IMG/VR virus record: IMGVR_UViG_3300032221_000516
Location: 1-60,223 of that record
From: a virus
Taxonomy: Duplodnaviria > Caudoviricetes
DNA: 60,223 bases
Direction: 5' to 3' (one strand)
The notes under the pieces are model-generated. The model was given only the letters and a program-made list of their open reading frames with translations, was not told the origin of the DNA and searched no databases. Made by a program: the position numbers and the translations under genes. Each line of letters begins with the position of its first letter. Position 1 is the stretch's first letter. This document shows positions 9,186 through 19,352 of the stretch, in pieces.

Positions 9186-9189
9186 TATT

Positions 9190-9218
9190 TAGAATATACT
9201 CTTTATTTAGCATATAAT
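9190..9218 (+). promoter_or_regulatory. sigma70-like promoter TAGAAT-17-TATAAT, leaderless
   Basis: TATAAT 9213-9218 lies 5 nt before ATG 9224. Confidence 0.65.
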
Positions 9219-9223
9219 AATAT

Positions 9224-9685
9224 ATGTTAAAAATTTATTGTTCTGAATGTGGTTCGCCAACTGAATATTCCTTAAATAAACCTAAATTTTGCACAAATTG
9301 TGGAAATTCATTTTTTGGTGCTAAAAAAGAAGAAAAAGTAGCTTTGCCAGTACAAATGCAAAAACCAACTATAAGTAAAGCTAAAAGACCAAATATTGAA
9401 CCAGAAGATTATGAGGATGACGATAGTGAAATTACAGAAGTAAATGAAGTACCAGATATTAATAATTTAGATTTTGATGTTGACATTAATCAAAATAAAG
9501 GAGAAAAAATTGGTAGTATAATTGGTTCTTCAGATAAAAACGATTTAAGAAAATACAGGTCTTCAGAAAAAGTAGATACTAAAAAAGTATTAGAGGATTT
9601 CGCAAGAGAAGGTGGAGCAATTCGTCCAGCTTCAAGAACATCAACAAATTCAGCCAAACGTCGTAGAGGACGAAACAATGGCTAA
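9224..9685 (+). CDS. zinc-ribbon protein
   Basis: N-terminal CSEC...CTNC; acidic middle and basic C-terminus. Confidence 0.75.
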   Translation: MLKIYCSECGSPTEYSLNKPKFCTNCGNSFFGAKKEEKVALPVQMQKPTISKAKRPNIEPEDYEDDDSEITEVNEVPDINNLDFDVDINQNKGEKIGSIIGSSDKNDLRKYRSSEKVDTKKVLEDFAREGGAIRPASRTSTNSAKRRRGRNNG

Positions 9686-10358
9686 AAAACCCAAGTTTGA
9701 AAATTGTATAGATAACATAAATACAGAAATCCTTAAAAGAAAAAATAAGTGGAATTTAACAGCAATTGCTTGGATGGATTTTAGTGATGTTTCTCAAATT
9801 TTAAGATTTCATATTTATAAAAAGTGGCATCTTTACGATTCTTCTAAACCTCTTGCTCCTTGGGTAAATCGAATTATAAGCAATCAAATTAAAAATCTTA
9901 TTCGTAATAATTATAGTAATTATACTCGGCCTTGTTTAAAATGCTCTGCTGCAGAAAGTGATGATGGTTGTGGAATTTATAGCAAACAATGTTCAAATTG
10001 TCCATTATATGCAAATTGGGAAAAGAATAAAAAGAGCGCGCATGATACCAAACTAACAGTAAGCTTAGAAAATCATACTCAAGAAATAAATGATATGAAA
10101 AATGAAAATTTCAATCTTGAGGCCACAGCACAAAATGTACATAATAAAATGTTTAAAATACTAAAACCAATTGAATGGAAAATTTATCAATACTTATATA
10201 TAGATGGCAAAGATGATGAACAAGTTGCTAAATTAATGGGATATAGAACAACTGAAAAGAATCGCATGGCAGGATACAAGCAAATAAAGAATTTAAAAAA
10301 ATCAATTATTATTAAAGTCAAGAAGCACTTGTATAATGGAGATATTGATATTATATGA
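9678..10358 (+). CDS. ECF-like RNA polymerase sigma factor with Cys-rich insert (start corrected to 9678)
   Basis: Region-2-like DVSQILRFHIYKKWHLYD..KPLAPWVNRIISNQIKNLIR; region-4-like LKPIEWKIYQYLYIDG..DEQVAKLMG; CLKC/C/CSNC between them; GAGGA before ATG 9678. Confidence 0.7.
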   Translation: MAKKPKFENCIDNINTEILKRKNKWNLTAIAWMDFSDVSQILRFHIYKKWHLYDSSKPLAPWVNRIISNQIKNLIRNNYSNYTRPCLKCSAAESDDGCGIYSKQCSNCPLYANWEKNKKSAHDTKLTVSLENHTQEINDMKNENFNLEATAQNVHNKMFKILKPIEWKIYQYLYIDGKDDEQVAKLMGYRTTEKNRMAGYKQIKNLKKSIIIKVKKHLYNGDIDII

Positions 10359-11449
10359 GCGAAGATATTTTCGTTCTCACAGACGAACAGCAATTAAAAT
10401 TACTCACAGAATGGAATAATCGTCCAGATAACCCTCCATCTTTAGCAGAGTTAGTTAAACTTGCTTTTGATAGAGATGATCTTGATGGTCGTAGTAAAGA
10501 GGGCAAAGCTGTAAAACAATTTCTTGCTTCTAGACATATTAAACCAAGAAAAAGTCATGAATACGAAGCTAAAGGTCTCATAGAATTAACAAACGAACAA
10601 AAAGAATACATTAGCAATAATTGCTTAACTATGACTGGTTTAGAAATGGGTAAAATTTTATTTAAAAATGAAGCACTAACTAATTTATGCCAAGAAACTA
10701 GAAGTGTTTTAGAGTATATGAAAGTTATTCCAACTAACATTAAATATAATAACACAGAAAATGAAGACGCAGCTTCTGGAGATTACAAGCCACCTCGTAG
10801 CGAAGAGAGAATGGTAGCGAAAATTAATAAATATGTTATGGATGGTATTGATAAAACTAAAATTACACATGGTCAAAAAAGAGAAATTATAGCAGTAATT
10901 GGTTATATGAATACTCATAGATTTATTCATCAAATTAATCTTTACGACAATGAAAGCGACAGAGAATTGTTTGAAAGTAGCTTTATAAGATATACATACA
11001 ACAAAGCAGATTTAACACAAGAAGAAGTTGACCAATATATTGTTCTTTGTACCGAAGTATTGATATCTTCTAATATTCAACAAACAATTAGCGTTCTTCA
11101 AAATCAAATTGATATTGCAATTCAAGAAGATGGCAAGATTCCAATGGCTATAGTAGAAGCAAGCAATACTGCAAGAAAAGAATACAACGATTGCGTTAAT
11201 CGTCAACAAAAATTAAACAATGATCTTAAAGTAAAACGAAGTGAAAGATTAAGCAAGCAAGTAAAAGAAACAGCATCCATTATTAACCTTGTGCAAATGT
11301 GGAAAGAAGAAGAAAGTCGCGCTAAATTAATTAAAATGGCAGAGATGAGAAAGAAAACTGTAGAAAAAGAAATAGATAGATTATCATCTATGGACGAAGT
11401 TAAATGTAAAATATTAGGAATTTCAAAAGACGAAATATTAAATGGTTAA
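10355..11449 (+). CDS. hypothetical protein, possible terminase small subunit / DNA-binding coiled-coil protein
   Basis: Position upstream of the large terminase; HTH-like N-terminus; coiled-coil C-terminus; ATGA coupling. Confidence 0.45.
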   Translation: MSEDIFVLTDEQQLKLLTEWNNRPDNPPSLAELVKLAFDRDDLDGRSKEGKAVKQFLASRHIKPRKSHEYEAKGLIELTNEQKEYISNNCLTMTGLEMGKILFKNEALTNLCQETRSVLEYMKVIPTNIKYNNTENEDAASGDYKPPRSEERMVAKINKYVMDGIDKTKITHGQKREIIAVIGYMNTHRFIHQINLYDNESDRELFESSFIRYTYNKADLTQEEVDQYIVLCTEVLISSNIQQTISVLQNQIDIAIQEDGKIPMAIVEASNTARKEYNDCVNRQQKLNNDLKVKRSERLSKQVKETASIINLVQMWKEEESRAKLIKMAEMRKKTVEKEIDRLSSMDEVKCKILGISKDEILNG

Positions 11450-12389
11450 TCTTATGTCAGTTATTTGTAAAGTAGATGGTAAAGAATTTAAAGATGAAAA
11501 AAGCTTGCATCTTGCACTTAGAGGTTATGGTTTAAACAAAGAAAAATACTATCATACTTATTATCCTAAAAAAGATCTTCTTACTGGCGATACTATTAAT
11601 TTTAAAACTAAAGAGCAATATTTTAATAGAGACTTTAATGATAAGAATAACATGAAAAAATGGCTCAAAGAACAGCCATTAGATAAAGCTCAAGAATATA
11701 CTAAACAATTACTAGCTAAAAGAAAAGAAGAGAAGAAATTAACATATAGTCCTTGTCAAGTAGAATTAAGAACTATTATGGCTCCGTCTATTATTTCTTA
11801 TAATAAATTATTTAATGATTATTATGATGTTTGCTCTAGCGTAGGCTTAGAAAATAAGTTTATACATCCGAATAATATCATTCACCAATTTAAAAATAAA
11901 TTAAATTCAAAAGATACTATTTATGTTGATACAAGAGAACAGAATTGGCTTAAATTCAATATACCTTTTGAAATAAAGACCCTACCATATGGAGATTATA
12001 CCTGCTCTAATGATAATTGTAGTTGCTTTATAGAAAGAAAAAGTCTTAGTGATTTTATTAGTACTCTAAGCGTTGGTAATCTTGAAAGATTTAAAAACGA
12101 GATAACTAGAGCAAAAAAAGATAACGCTTATCTTGTTGTTGTAGTAGAAGAAAAGCTTTCTAATGCATTAAGTTTCCAATATCTTCCTCATATTAGTAAA
12201 AAGATTAAAGCAACTCCAGAGTTTATATTTCATAATGTTAGACAATTACTTCAAGAATTTGATAATCTACAATTTGTTTTTGTAGATGGCAGGGAAGAGA
12301 TGAAAAGAACTATAGAATCTATTTTAGCTAGTAAATGTTTTTATAAAAAAGTAGATTTACAATTAGCTTATGATATGAAACTTTTATGA
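11442..12389 (+). CDS. ERCC4/XPF-family structure-specific nuclease
   Basis: VDTREQ ... GDY ... IERKSLSDF is the ERCC4 catalytic signature. Confidence 0.85.
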   Translation: MVNLMSVICKVDGKEFKDEKSLHLALRGYGLNKEKYYHTYYPKKDLLTGDTINFKTKEQYFNRDFNDKNNMKKWLKEQPLDKAQEYTKQLLAKRKEEKKLTYSPCQVELRTIMAPSIISYNKLFNDYYDVCSSVGLENKFIHPNNIIHQFKNKLNSKDTIYVDTREQNWLKFNIPFEIKTLPYGDYTCSNDNCSCFIERKSLSDFISTLSVGNLERFKNEITRAKKDNAYLVVVVEEKLSNALSFQYLPHISKKIKATPEFIFHNVRQLLQEFDNLQFVFVDGREEMKRTIESILASKCFYKKVDLQLAYDMKLL

Positions 12390-14233
12390 TATATTGTCCA
12401 GATAAATATTTAAGAGAAGTCAAAGATGTTAATGCTGAATTATCTCAGCTTAAAGGATTTCTTAATGATAAAGAAGCTAAAATCTCTTTAGCTAAATTTC
12501 TTAGAGCTAATATTGGATTTACAACAGAACTTATTAGTGGAGTTAAGCTAGCTCCATATCAAGAGTTGCATCTTAAAGCTTTAATGAATAGAAATTTTAA
12601 CATGTGCGTGTTTGGTCGTGGTTGCGGTAAGTCATTTATGGCAGCAGTATTTTGTTTTCTTCAATGTGTATTTGAACCTAATACCAAAATCTTAATTGCT
12701 GGTCCAACGTTTAGAACTGCTCGGTTTATTTTTAATAACTTAGAAAAAATTGTAGATAGCAAAGGCGCAGAACTACTTGCTCAATGTTTTGGTGCTAAAG
12801 CTAAAAGAAACGATCAATTTGAATGGCAAATTAATGGTGGAAGCATCGTTGCTATTCCTCTTAATGGTGAAAAGATTCGAGGATTTCGAGCAAACATTCT
12901 AGTCCTTGACGAGTTTCTTTTGCTTCCAGAAGAAATTATTAAAAATGTATTGATGCCATTCTTGGTTGCTCCACAAAATATGAAAGAGCGTATGGAAATT
13001 AGAGAATTAGAGGATAAACTTATAGCAGACGGCTTAATGAAAGAAGATGAGAGAATGGTTTTTGAAAATACTAGTAAAATGATTGCACTTTCATCTGCAA
13101 GTTATACTTTTGAAAATCTTTATAAGACTTATAAAGAATGGTCTGAAAAAATTGAATCAAAAGAAAAACAAGAAGCCACATATTTTGTCAGCCAAATGAG
13201 TTACGAAGCTCTTCCAGAAGAAATGATTGACAAAACAATTATCGAAGAAGCTCAAGCTGGCGGATTTAGTCATAGTAGTTTTATGAGAGAATATTGTGCT
13301 CGATTTACAGATGGTAGTGATAGTTATTTTAATGCAAAGAAAATGGAAGATTGTACTTTACCATTAGGAGAAGCTCCTCATACTTTACTAAGAGGAGATC
13401 CAAAGAAAAAATATATTCTTGGCATCGATCCTAATATGAGTGATAGTCCAAATGCGGATTATTTTGCTATGGCTATTTTAGAAGTAGATGACGAAACAGG
13501 ACAAGGCACATTAGTTCATACTTATGCTGGTTTAGGTAATTTAAAAAATCACGTTGCATATTTATATTATATATTAAGTAATTTTAATATCATTTTAATG
13601 ATTATAGATAATGCAGGAGCAGATGTTTTCTTGTCAGCTTGTAATCAATCAGAATTATTTAAAAAAGATAAACTTGAAATTAAAACATTTGATTTTGATA
13701 GTGATTTAGAAGGTGTTGATTATGATCTTATGGTTAAAAATGCTAGAAAAAAATATAATATAGAAGATAAAAAAATAGCCTTTAACCAAGTATTTACAAG
13801 TTCATTTATTCGTAAAGCTAACGAACATTTACAAGCTTGTATTGATTATAAGAAAATATGGTTTGCTAGTAAAACTGGAGCATATGAATCTTTCTTTAAT
13901 ACAGTATTAAATCAAGGAGCAGCAAATCTAGATTTAATTAGAGGAGAAGATAAAAAAGATTGGACAACATTAGATTTTATTGAAAATCAAGATGATTATA
14001 TATATCAGACTAAAAAACAATGTGCTCTAGTTGAACATTCTAGTACTAGCCGTGGTACTCAAAGTTTTGATTTACCACAACACCTCAAAAGAAGCTCTTC
14101 TGCCAATAAAGCTAGAAAAGATAATTATTCAGCACTTATGTTAGCAAATTGGGCCTTAAAATGCTATAATGATATGATGAAAGAACCAGAAACTGTCGAA
14201 AGTCCAACTTTTTCGCCTATAATGATTAAATAA
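12386..14233 (+). CDS. terL: terminase large subunit
   Basis: Walker A GRGCGKS, IRGFRANILVLDE Walker B, RNase H-like ILGIDP and C-terminal KDNYSAL. Confidence 0.92.
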   Translation: MIYCPDKYLREVKDVNAELSQLKGFLNDKEAKISLAKFLRANIGFTTELISGVKLAPYQELHLKALMNRNFNMCVFGRGCGKSFMAAVFCFLQCVFEPNTKILIAGPTFRTARFIFNNLEKIVDSKGAELLAQCFGAKAKRNDQFEWQINGGSIVAIPLNGEKIRGFRANILVLDEFLLLPEEIIKNVLMPFLVAPQNMKERMEIRELEDKLIADGLMKEDERMVFENTSKMIALSSASYTFENLYKTYKEWSEKIESKEKQEATYFVSQMSYEALPEEMIDKTIIEEAQAGGFSHSSFMREYCARFTDGSDSYFNAKKMEDCTLPLGEAPHTLLRGDPKKKYILGIDPNMSDSPNADYFAMAILEVDDETGQGTLVHTYAGLGNLKNHVAYLYYILSNFNIILMIIDNAGADVFLSACNQSELFKKDKLEIKTFDFDSDLEGVDYDLMVKNARKKYNIEDKKIAFNQVFTSSFIRKANEHLQACIDYKKIWFASKTGAYESFFNTVLNQGAANLDLIRGEDKKDWTTLDFIENQDDYIYQTKKQCALVEHSSTSRGTQSFDLPQHLKRSSSANKARKDNYSALMLANWALKCYNDMMKEPETVESPTFSPIMIK

Positions 14234-14254
14234 AGGTGTAATAATCCACGTAAA

Positions 14255-16168
14255 ATGGCCAAAAAAATTAAAAAACAAGAAAAAATAGCTAAAGCAGCTG
14301 ATGTTCAACCTTATATGGTATCTGAATCTTCTTATAAAGAAGTTAAGGCTTCCACTAGTTCAGGGTCTAATGGAGTCAGAAGAAATGCTGCTAGTACAAT
14401 TATAAGAACAGATAGATATAAGAATATTGATGATGGCATTATCCCATTCAGATATTCTACTGGCATTAAAAATGATTCTAATTTAAATATTAGAGATGCA
14501 GTTATCCTTTGTCAAAAAGCATATTATAATTTTGCTATTTTTAGAAACACGATCGACTTGATGACAGAGTTTTCTTGTAGCGATATTTACTTTACTGGTG
14601 GCAGTTCCAAATCTAGAACATTTTTTGAATCATTATTTAGAAAAATAAATATTAATGATCTTCAAGATAAATTTTTCCGTGAATATTATCGTAGTGGTAA
14701 TGTATTTATTTATAGATTTGATACGAAAATTTCAGAAGAAGATGTATCTAAAATTACTCAAACATTTGGATTAGCGACCACTAAAGCTGCGGTTAATTTA
14801 CCATCTAAATATATCATACTCAATCCAGCAGATATTCAAATTGCTGGAACAATTAATTTTTCTCAAAGAAAATATTACAAACTATTAAGTGATTATGAAC
14901 TTGAAAGATTAAAGTCTCCAAAAACTGATGAAGATAAAGAAGTTTTACAAAGTCTTCCGCCAGAAACAAGAAAACTTATTCAACAAAAGGCTATTGGAAT
15001 TTTAACTTTGCCACTTGATGCAGATCGAATTGCAGCAGTATTTTATAAAAAACAAGATTACGAGCCATTTTCAGTTCCAATGGGATTTCCAGTTTTAGAA
15101 GATATCAATTGGAAAGCTGAAATGAAAAAAATGGACATGGCAGTAGCTAGAACTATGCAACAAGCGATTCTCCTTGTAACAATGGGAACAGATCCAGAAA
15201 AAGGAGGAGTCAATCAAAAAAATCTTGAATCAATGCAACAACTTTTTGCAAATCAAAGCGTGGGTAGAGTTTTAATTGCTGATTATACAACTAAAGCTGA
15301 ATTTGTAATTCCTAATATTGGAAATTTAATAGGACCAGAAAAATATCAAGTTGTAGATAGAGATATTCAAATTGGTTTAAATAATATTCTTATTGGTGAT
15401 GAAAAATTTGCTAACACAAGCATTAAAGTGCAAGTATTTATTGAAAGATTAAAACAAGCTCGTCAAGCATTTATTAATGAATTTTTAGTACCAGAAATTC
15501 GTAGAATGAGCAAAGAGCTTGGATTTAAAAATTATCCAATGCCAAATTTCGAAGATATTGATCTTAAAGATGATATTCAATATTCTAGAGTTTATACTCG
15601 TCTAGTTGAATTAGGTGTTCTTACTCCAGAAGAAGGCATTAGAGCAATTGAAACTGGTCGCCTTCCAAATGCAGAAGAGTCTACTGAAGCTCAACAAAAA
15701 TTTAAAGATCTAAAAGATCAAGGATTTTATCAACCACTAATTGGTGGCGCAAAAGTTCCAGATAGCGCAGGAAGACCAGCTGGTTCTGGAACTCCACAAT
15801 CAACTAAAAATGTTTCTCCAATTGGCCAAGGCAAACAATCTAAAGCTAACGAGGATAAGTTTAGCCTTTCTAAAGTAAAAGAAAATCTTGTTCTTGCTCA
15901 AAAACTAGAAGAAGAAGTATCATCTGCTCTTCGTAAAAAACATAATCTTAAAAAATTAAGTTATAATCAAAAAGAAGTCGCTGAACAAATATCTAAAATA
16001 ATTATCGTCAATGAGCTCCCAGAAAATTGGGTTTCTAAAATAGAAAATTATATTAAACAACCAGTTGATCAAAATCAAGAAGTTGTTGCTAGTGTAAATT
16101 CTATTGCTTATGATCACCAAGTTGATAGTTATCTTGCAAGTATTCTTTATCACAGTAAGGTAAAATAA
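14255..16168 (+). CDS. portal protein
   Basis: Follows terL; IFRNTIDLMTEF, REYYRSGNVF and ILNP motifs; size and synteny fit. Confidence 0.8.
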   Translation: MAKKIKKQEKIAKAADVQPYMVSESSYKEVKASTSSGSNGVRRNAASTIIRTDRYKNIDDGIIPFRYSTGIKNDSNLNIRDAVILCQKAYYNFAIFRNTIDLMTEFSCSDIYFTGGSSKSRTFFESLFRKININDLQDKFFREYYRSGNVFIYRFDTKISEEDVSKITQTFGLATTKAAVNLPSKYIILNPADIQIAGTINFSQRKYYKLLSDYELERLKSPKTDEDKEVLQSLPPETRKLIQQKAIGILTLPLDADRIAAVFYKKQDYEPFSVPMGFPVLEDINWKAEMKKMDMAVARTMQQAILLVTMGTDPEKGGVNQKNLESMQQLFANQSVGRVLIADYTTKAEFVIPNIGNLIGPEKYQVVDRDIQIGLNNILIGDEKFANTSIKVQVFIERLKQARQAFINEFLVPEIRRMSKELGFKNYPMPNFEDIDLKDDIQYSRVYTRLVELGVLTPEEGIRAIETGRLPNAEESTEAQQKFKDLKDQGFYQPLIGGAKVPDSAGRPAGSGTPQSTKNVSPIGQGKQSKANEDKFSLSKVKENLVLAQKLEEEVSSALRKKHNLKKLSYNQKEVAEQISKIIIVNELPENWVSKIENYIKQPVDQNQEVVASVNSIAYDHQVDSYLASILYHSKVK

Positions 16169-16169
16169 T

Positions 16170-18533
16170 ATGCCAAATTATATTAGAGTAAAGCAAATTA
16201 ACCAAGGAGAATTAACTGGATTTTTTGTAGATTCTATATCTTCAGAAAGTGGTTTATTACTTGCATTTGCATCAGGTGCTGCATATGGAGTTGCATCAGG
16301 AATTATTTTAAATGAAACAGTATTATTAACTGGCAACCAAATTATTTCTGGAGTTAAAACTTTTACGACAGGTATATTTGCTCCTAACTTAGTATACAAT
16401 ACTGGAAACCAAACTATCTCTGGAGTTAAAACTTTTACGACAGGTATATTTGCTCCTAACTTAGTTTACAATACTGGTAACCAAACTATTAGTGGAGTTA
16501 AAACTTTTACGACAGGTATATTTGCTCCTAACTTAGTTTACAATACTGGTAACCAAACTATTAGTGGAGTTAAAACTTTTGCAGCTGCAGGAAATAATAT
16601 TGTTATAAGTGGTACCAGCGATGCTGAAGGTTTAATTAAATCTTTAAACAGTAATTTGACAATAGAAGGAGCTAATTCTACTTATGGAATATATTTTGCT
16701 GATGATGGAACATACATTCGTGGTAACACAGAAATAAATAACGATTTACTTGCACAAACTGGAACTTTTCAAAAACTTTATGCGGATAATTTAGTTTACA
16801 ATACTGGAAATCAAAATATTAGTGGAATTAAAAATTTCACTAATAATTTAGTAATCCAAGATAATATTTTATTTAGTTCTCAACCAAGTGGATTTTTTAG
16901 CGGAGTAGGAATTACTGGAAGTGGCGATGGTGGGTTTTTCTTAGGTAGAAATAAAATTTCTCAAAATACTTTACTTTTAAAAGATGAAAATATTGGAAAT
17001 TCTTTTAGTACAAAATTAATTGATTCAATTAGAAATTGGAGAGGAATCGCAATGTCAAGCGATGGTAAATATCAAACAGCAGTAAATAATGCTGGATATA
17101 TTTATATTTCTAATGATTATGGAAATACTTGGAGAGAAAAAGACTCGTCAAGAACTTGGGTAGATGTTAGCATGAGCAGTTGTGGGAAATATCAAACAGC
17201 AATTACAAATTCATCACCATTTGGAAATATCTATGTATCTTCTGATTATGGAAATACATGGATTTTGGCTGCTTCATCAATTATAAGTCCGCAAAGAATC
17301 GCAATGTCAAGCGATGGTAAAATTCAAGTCCTCGCAAAATATACTCCAACTCAAGAATATGTAATTTCTAATGATTATGGTAATACTTGGACTGCTGGCG
17401 ATGTGTCTTCTGCTAGTGGCGTAAGAGCTGTAGCAATAAGTAGCGATGGAAAATATATAACTCTTGTTGGATCAGGAACTCCTGATAGAATTTATATTTC
17501 TAGTGATTATGGATCAACTTGGACAACAGTTGGACCTAGCTCAATAGGTTTTTCTGCAGTAGCAATGAGTAGTAACGGACAATATCAAGTTGCAAGTGCA
17601 AGTAGTGGATATATTTATATTTCTTCAGATTATGGAAATAATTGGGCTCTTGAAACTTCAAGTGGCTCTCGTAGTTGGCTTTCTGTTGATATAAATAGCG
17701 ATGGAAAATATATAGTTGCTGGTGCAGCCAGTGGAAATATTTATATTTCATCTAATTATGGAGAAACTTGGAAATCAATAGCAACTTCTCAAGTATGGTA
17801 TTCTATTAAAATCAGCAGTAATGGTAAATACATAATTGCAGCGGCGGGTGCAAATTACATTTATATTTCTAAAACTGACGAACAGATAGATGGAAATCTT
17901 TACGCGGAAAATCTTGTTTACAATACTGGCAACCAAACTATTAGCGGAGTTAAAAATTTCTCTAGCACTCCAACTGTTAATGGCACTGGAGTATTATTGA
18001 GTGGCGATTCTTTAGTTACGCATATACGACCTAGCGGAACAAATAATGTTTTCGTTTCTTCTGGTGCACTTGCTTCAACCTCTATTGGTAGTCAAAACAA
18101 CATTGCTGTTGGGGTAAATGCACTTACCGCCAACGCCGTGGGAGATGACAACGTTGCTATGGGCCATGAAGCCCTTTACTCTAACACAAACGGTAATGGC
18201 AATATTGGTATTGGGAGGGATGCACTAAAAAATGCCAATGGACCTGATGCCAATATATGCATAGGTACTCAAGCGGGAGACACTATTCAGGCAGGTGGCA
18301 GTAATATAATAATTGGACACGAAGCCGATGTTGATAACGGTGGCAGGCAAAGGTGCATTGTCCTCGGAAGGAGCGCAGTTTCTCCAGCAATCGACGGTTC
18401 GTTAGCGATTGGGGGCACTGCTGGGAATGTAATGGCCAACCTTACTGGTACCAGCGCAGGGGCAGCCGCAGGAGACTATTTAAACATTTACATAAACGGA
18501 GTTCAGCGCAAGATTGCTCTTTTACTACCGTAA
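16170..18533 (+). CDS. fibre/adhesin with shaft repeats, BNR/Asp-box beta-propeller and C-terminal beta-roll
   Basis: LVYNTGNQTISGVKTF repeats; about 6 SxDYGxTW Asp-boxes; NxAxGxxAL repeats at the C-terminus. Confidence 0.75.
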   Translation: MPNYIRVKQINQGELTGFFVDSISSESGLLLAFASGAAYGVASGIILNETVLLTGNQIISGVKTFTTGIFAPNLVYNTGNQTISGVKTFTTGIFAPNLVYNTGNQTISGVKTFTTGIFAPNLVYNTGNQTISGVKTFAAAGNNIVISGTSDAEGLIKSLNSNLTIEGANSTYGIYFADDGTYIRGNTEINNDLLAQTGTFQKLYADNLVYNTGNQNISGIKNFTNNLVIQDNILFSSQPSGFFSGVGITGSGDGGFFLGRNKISQNTLLLKDENIGNSFSTKLIDSIRNWRGIAMSSDGKYQTAVNNAGYIYISNDYGNTWREKDSSRTWVDVSMSSCGKYQTAITNSSPFGNIYVSSDYGNTWILAASSIISPQRIAMSSDGKIQVLAKYTPTQEYVISNDYGNTWTAGDVSSASGVRAVAISSDGKYITLVGSGTPDRIYISSDYGSTWTTVGPSSIGFSAVAMSSNGQYQVASASSGYIYISSDYGNNWALETSSGSRSWLSVDINSDGKYIVAGAASGNIYISSNYGETWKSIATSQVWYSIKISSNGKYIIAAAGANYIYISKTDEQIDGNLYAENLVYNTGNQTISGVKNFSSTPTVNGTGVLLSGDSLVTHIRPSGTNNVFVSSGALASTSIGSQNNIAVGVNALTANAVGDDNVAMGHEALYSNTNGNGNIGIGRDALKNANGPDANICIGTQAGDTIQAGGSNIIIGHEADVDNGGRQRCIVLGRSAVSPAIDGSLAIGGTAGNVMANLTGTSAGAAAGDYLNIYINGVQRKIALLLP
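16326..16580 (+). repeat. 72-nt in-frame tandem repeat, about 3.5 copies
   Basis: actggNaacc recurs at 16329, 16401, 16473 and 16545. Confidence 0.9.
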
Positions 18534-18578
18534 ACACGTAGTGTAAGTATATATGCTGGAAATGTATTAAAATTATAT

Positions 18579-18616
18579 TAGATTTTAAAATTATATATTA
18601 TTATAATATAGTGTAA
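18579..18616 (+). promoter_or_regulatory. tandem sigma70-like (TAGATT-17-TATAAT) and GTGTAA promoters before the lysis cassette
   Basis: TAGATT 18579, TATAAT 18602, GTGTAA 18611, ATG 18623. Confidence 0.55.
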
Positions 18617-18622
18617 TCTATT

Positions 18623-18904
18623 ATGAAGAATATGTTATTTAAATTATTTGGCCCAAATTGGAGATCTAGCTCATCTGGCGTTACAACAGTTGTAGCAGTT
18701 TGTACAGCAATAGCAATTCATTCTGATCCTTCATTAGTAGCATTTCTTCCAGACAAAGCAGAAGTTTATATCACAGGAATTTCAAAATTAGTAGCAGTTG
18801 TATCTGGTATTATTTTTGCATTAACAGTAAAAGATGCAGCAGTTACTGGTGGAACAGTAGGTCAAACGATTGAAGCAAAAATAAGAAATGGAGAAAATAT
18901 ATGA
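18623..18904 (+). CDS. putative holin
   Basis: 93 aa with two hydrophobic helices and NWRSS/KD motifs; upstream of the endolysin. Confidence 0.6.
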   Translation: MKNMLFKLFGPNWRSSSSGVTTVVAVCTAIAIHSDPSLVAFLPDKAEVYITGISKLVAVVSGIIFALTVKDAAVTGGTVGQTIEAKIRNGENI

Positions 18905-19350
18905 ATAAATTACAATTAGCCGCAGTTGCTCTTTTGAGCGTATTTCTTGGTGCTTGTGCAACAACTCAAACTGGAAAAGTTGATGTTGCAACAAGTGTTG
19001 AAAATACTCTTCCTTATGTTAAGCCAGCAGTAGTATTAGCTTGTACTGTTGTTCTTGATCAAGCAGTTTCTGGTAATGATAGAATTGAAAAAGCTAAGAT
19101 GATTAATCATGTTGCAGCAATTGTAGAAGGATTAACAGCTGGAAATACTCCAACTCCAGAGCAACTTCAAAAAGCTCTTAATGATTATCTTCCAGCAGAA
19201 AAAACTCATTGGGCAAATTACGTTACTGTAATCAAAGATCTTTATGCTCAACAATTTGCTAGACTAAATGGAAATGGTGCTCTTGCAGTAAAGGTACTTA
19301 ACGCTATTGCATCTGGATGTAAAGATGCTACAGCAAGTTACGTAGAGTAA
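18901..19350 (+). CDS. lipoprotein
   Basis: Signal peptide with lipobox LGAC. Confidence 0.75.
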   Translation: MNKLQLAAVALLSVFLGACATTQTGKVDVATSVENTLPYVKPAVVLACTVVLDQAVSGNDRIEKAKMINHVAAIVEGLTAGNTPTPEQLQKALNDYLPAEKTHWANYVTVIKDLYAQQFARLNGNGALAVKVLNAIASGCKDATASYVE

Positions 19351-19352
19351 TC

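Noticed and set aside
10862-10868. ATTACAC (reverse GTGTAAT) inside the 10355 gene, and GTGTAAA at 16092 inside portal
   Set aside because: No nearby start codon; compatible with chance occurrence, although 16092 could be a distal promoter for 16170.
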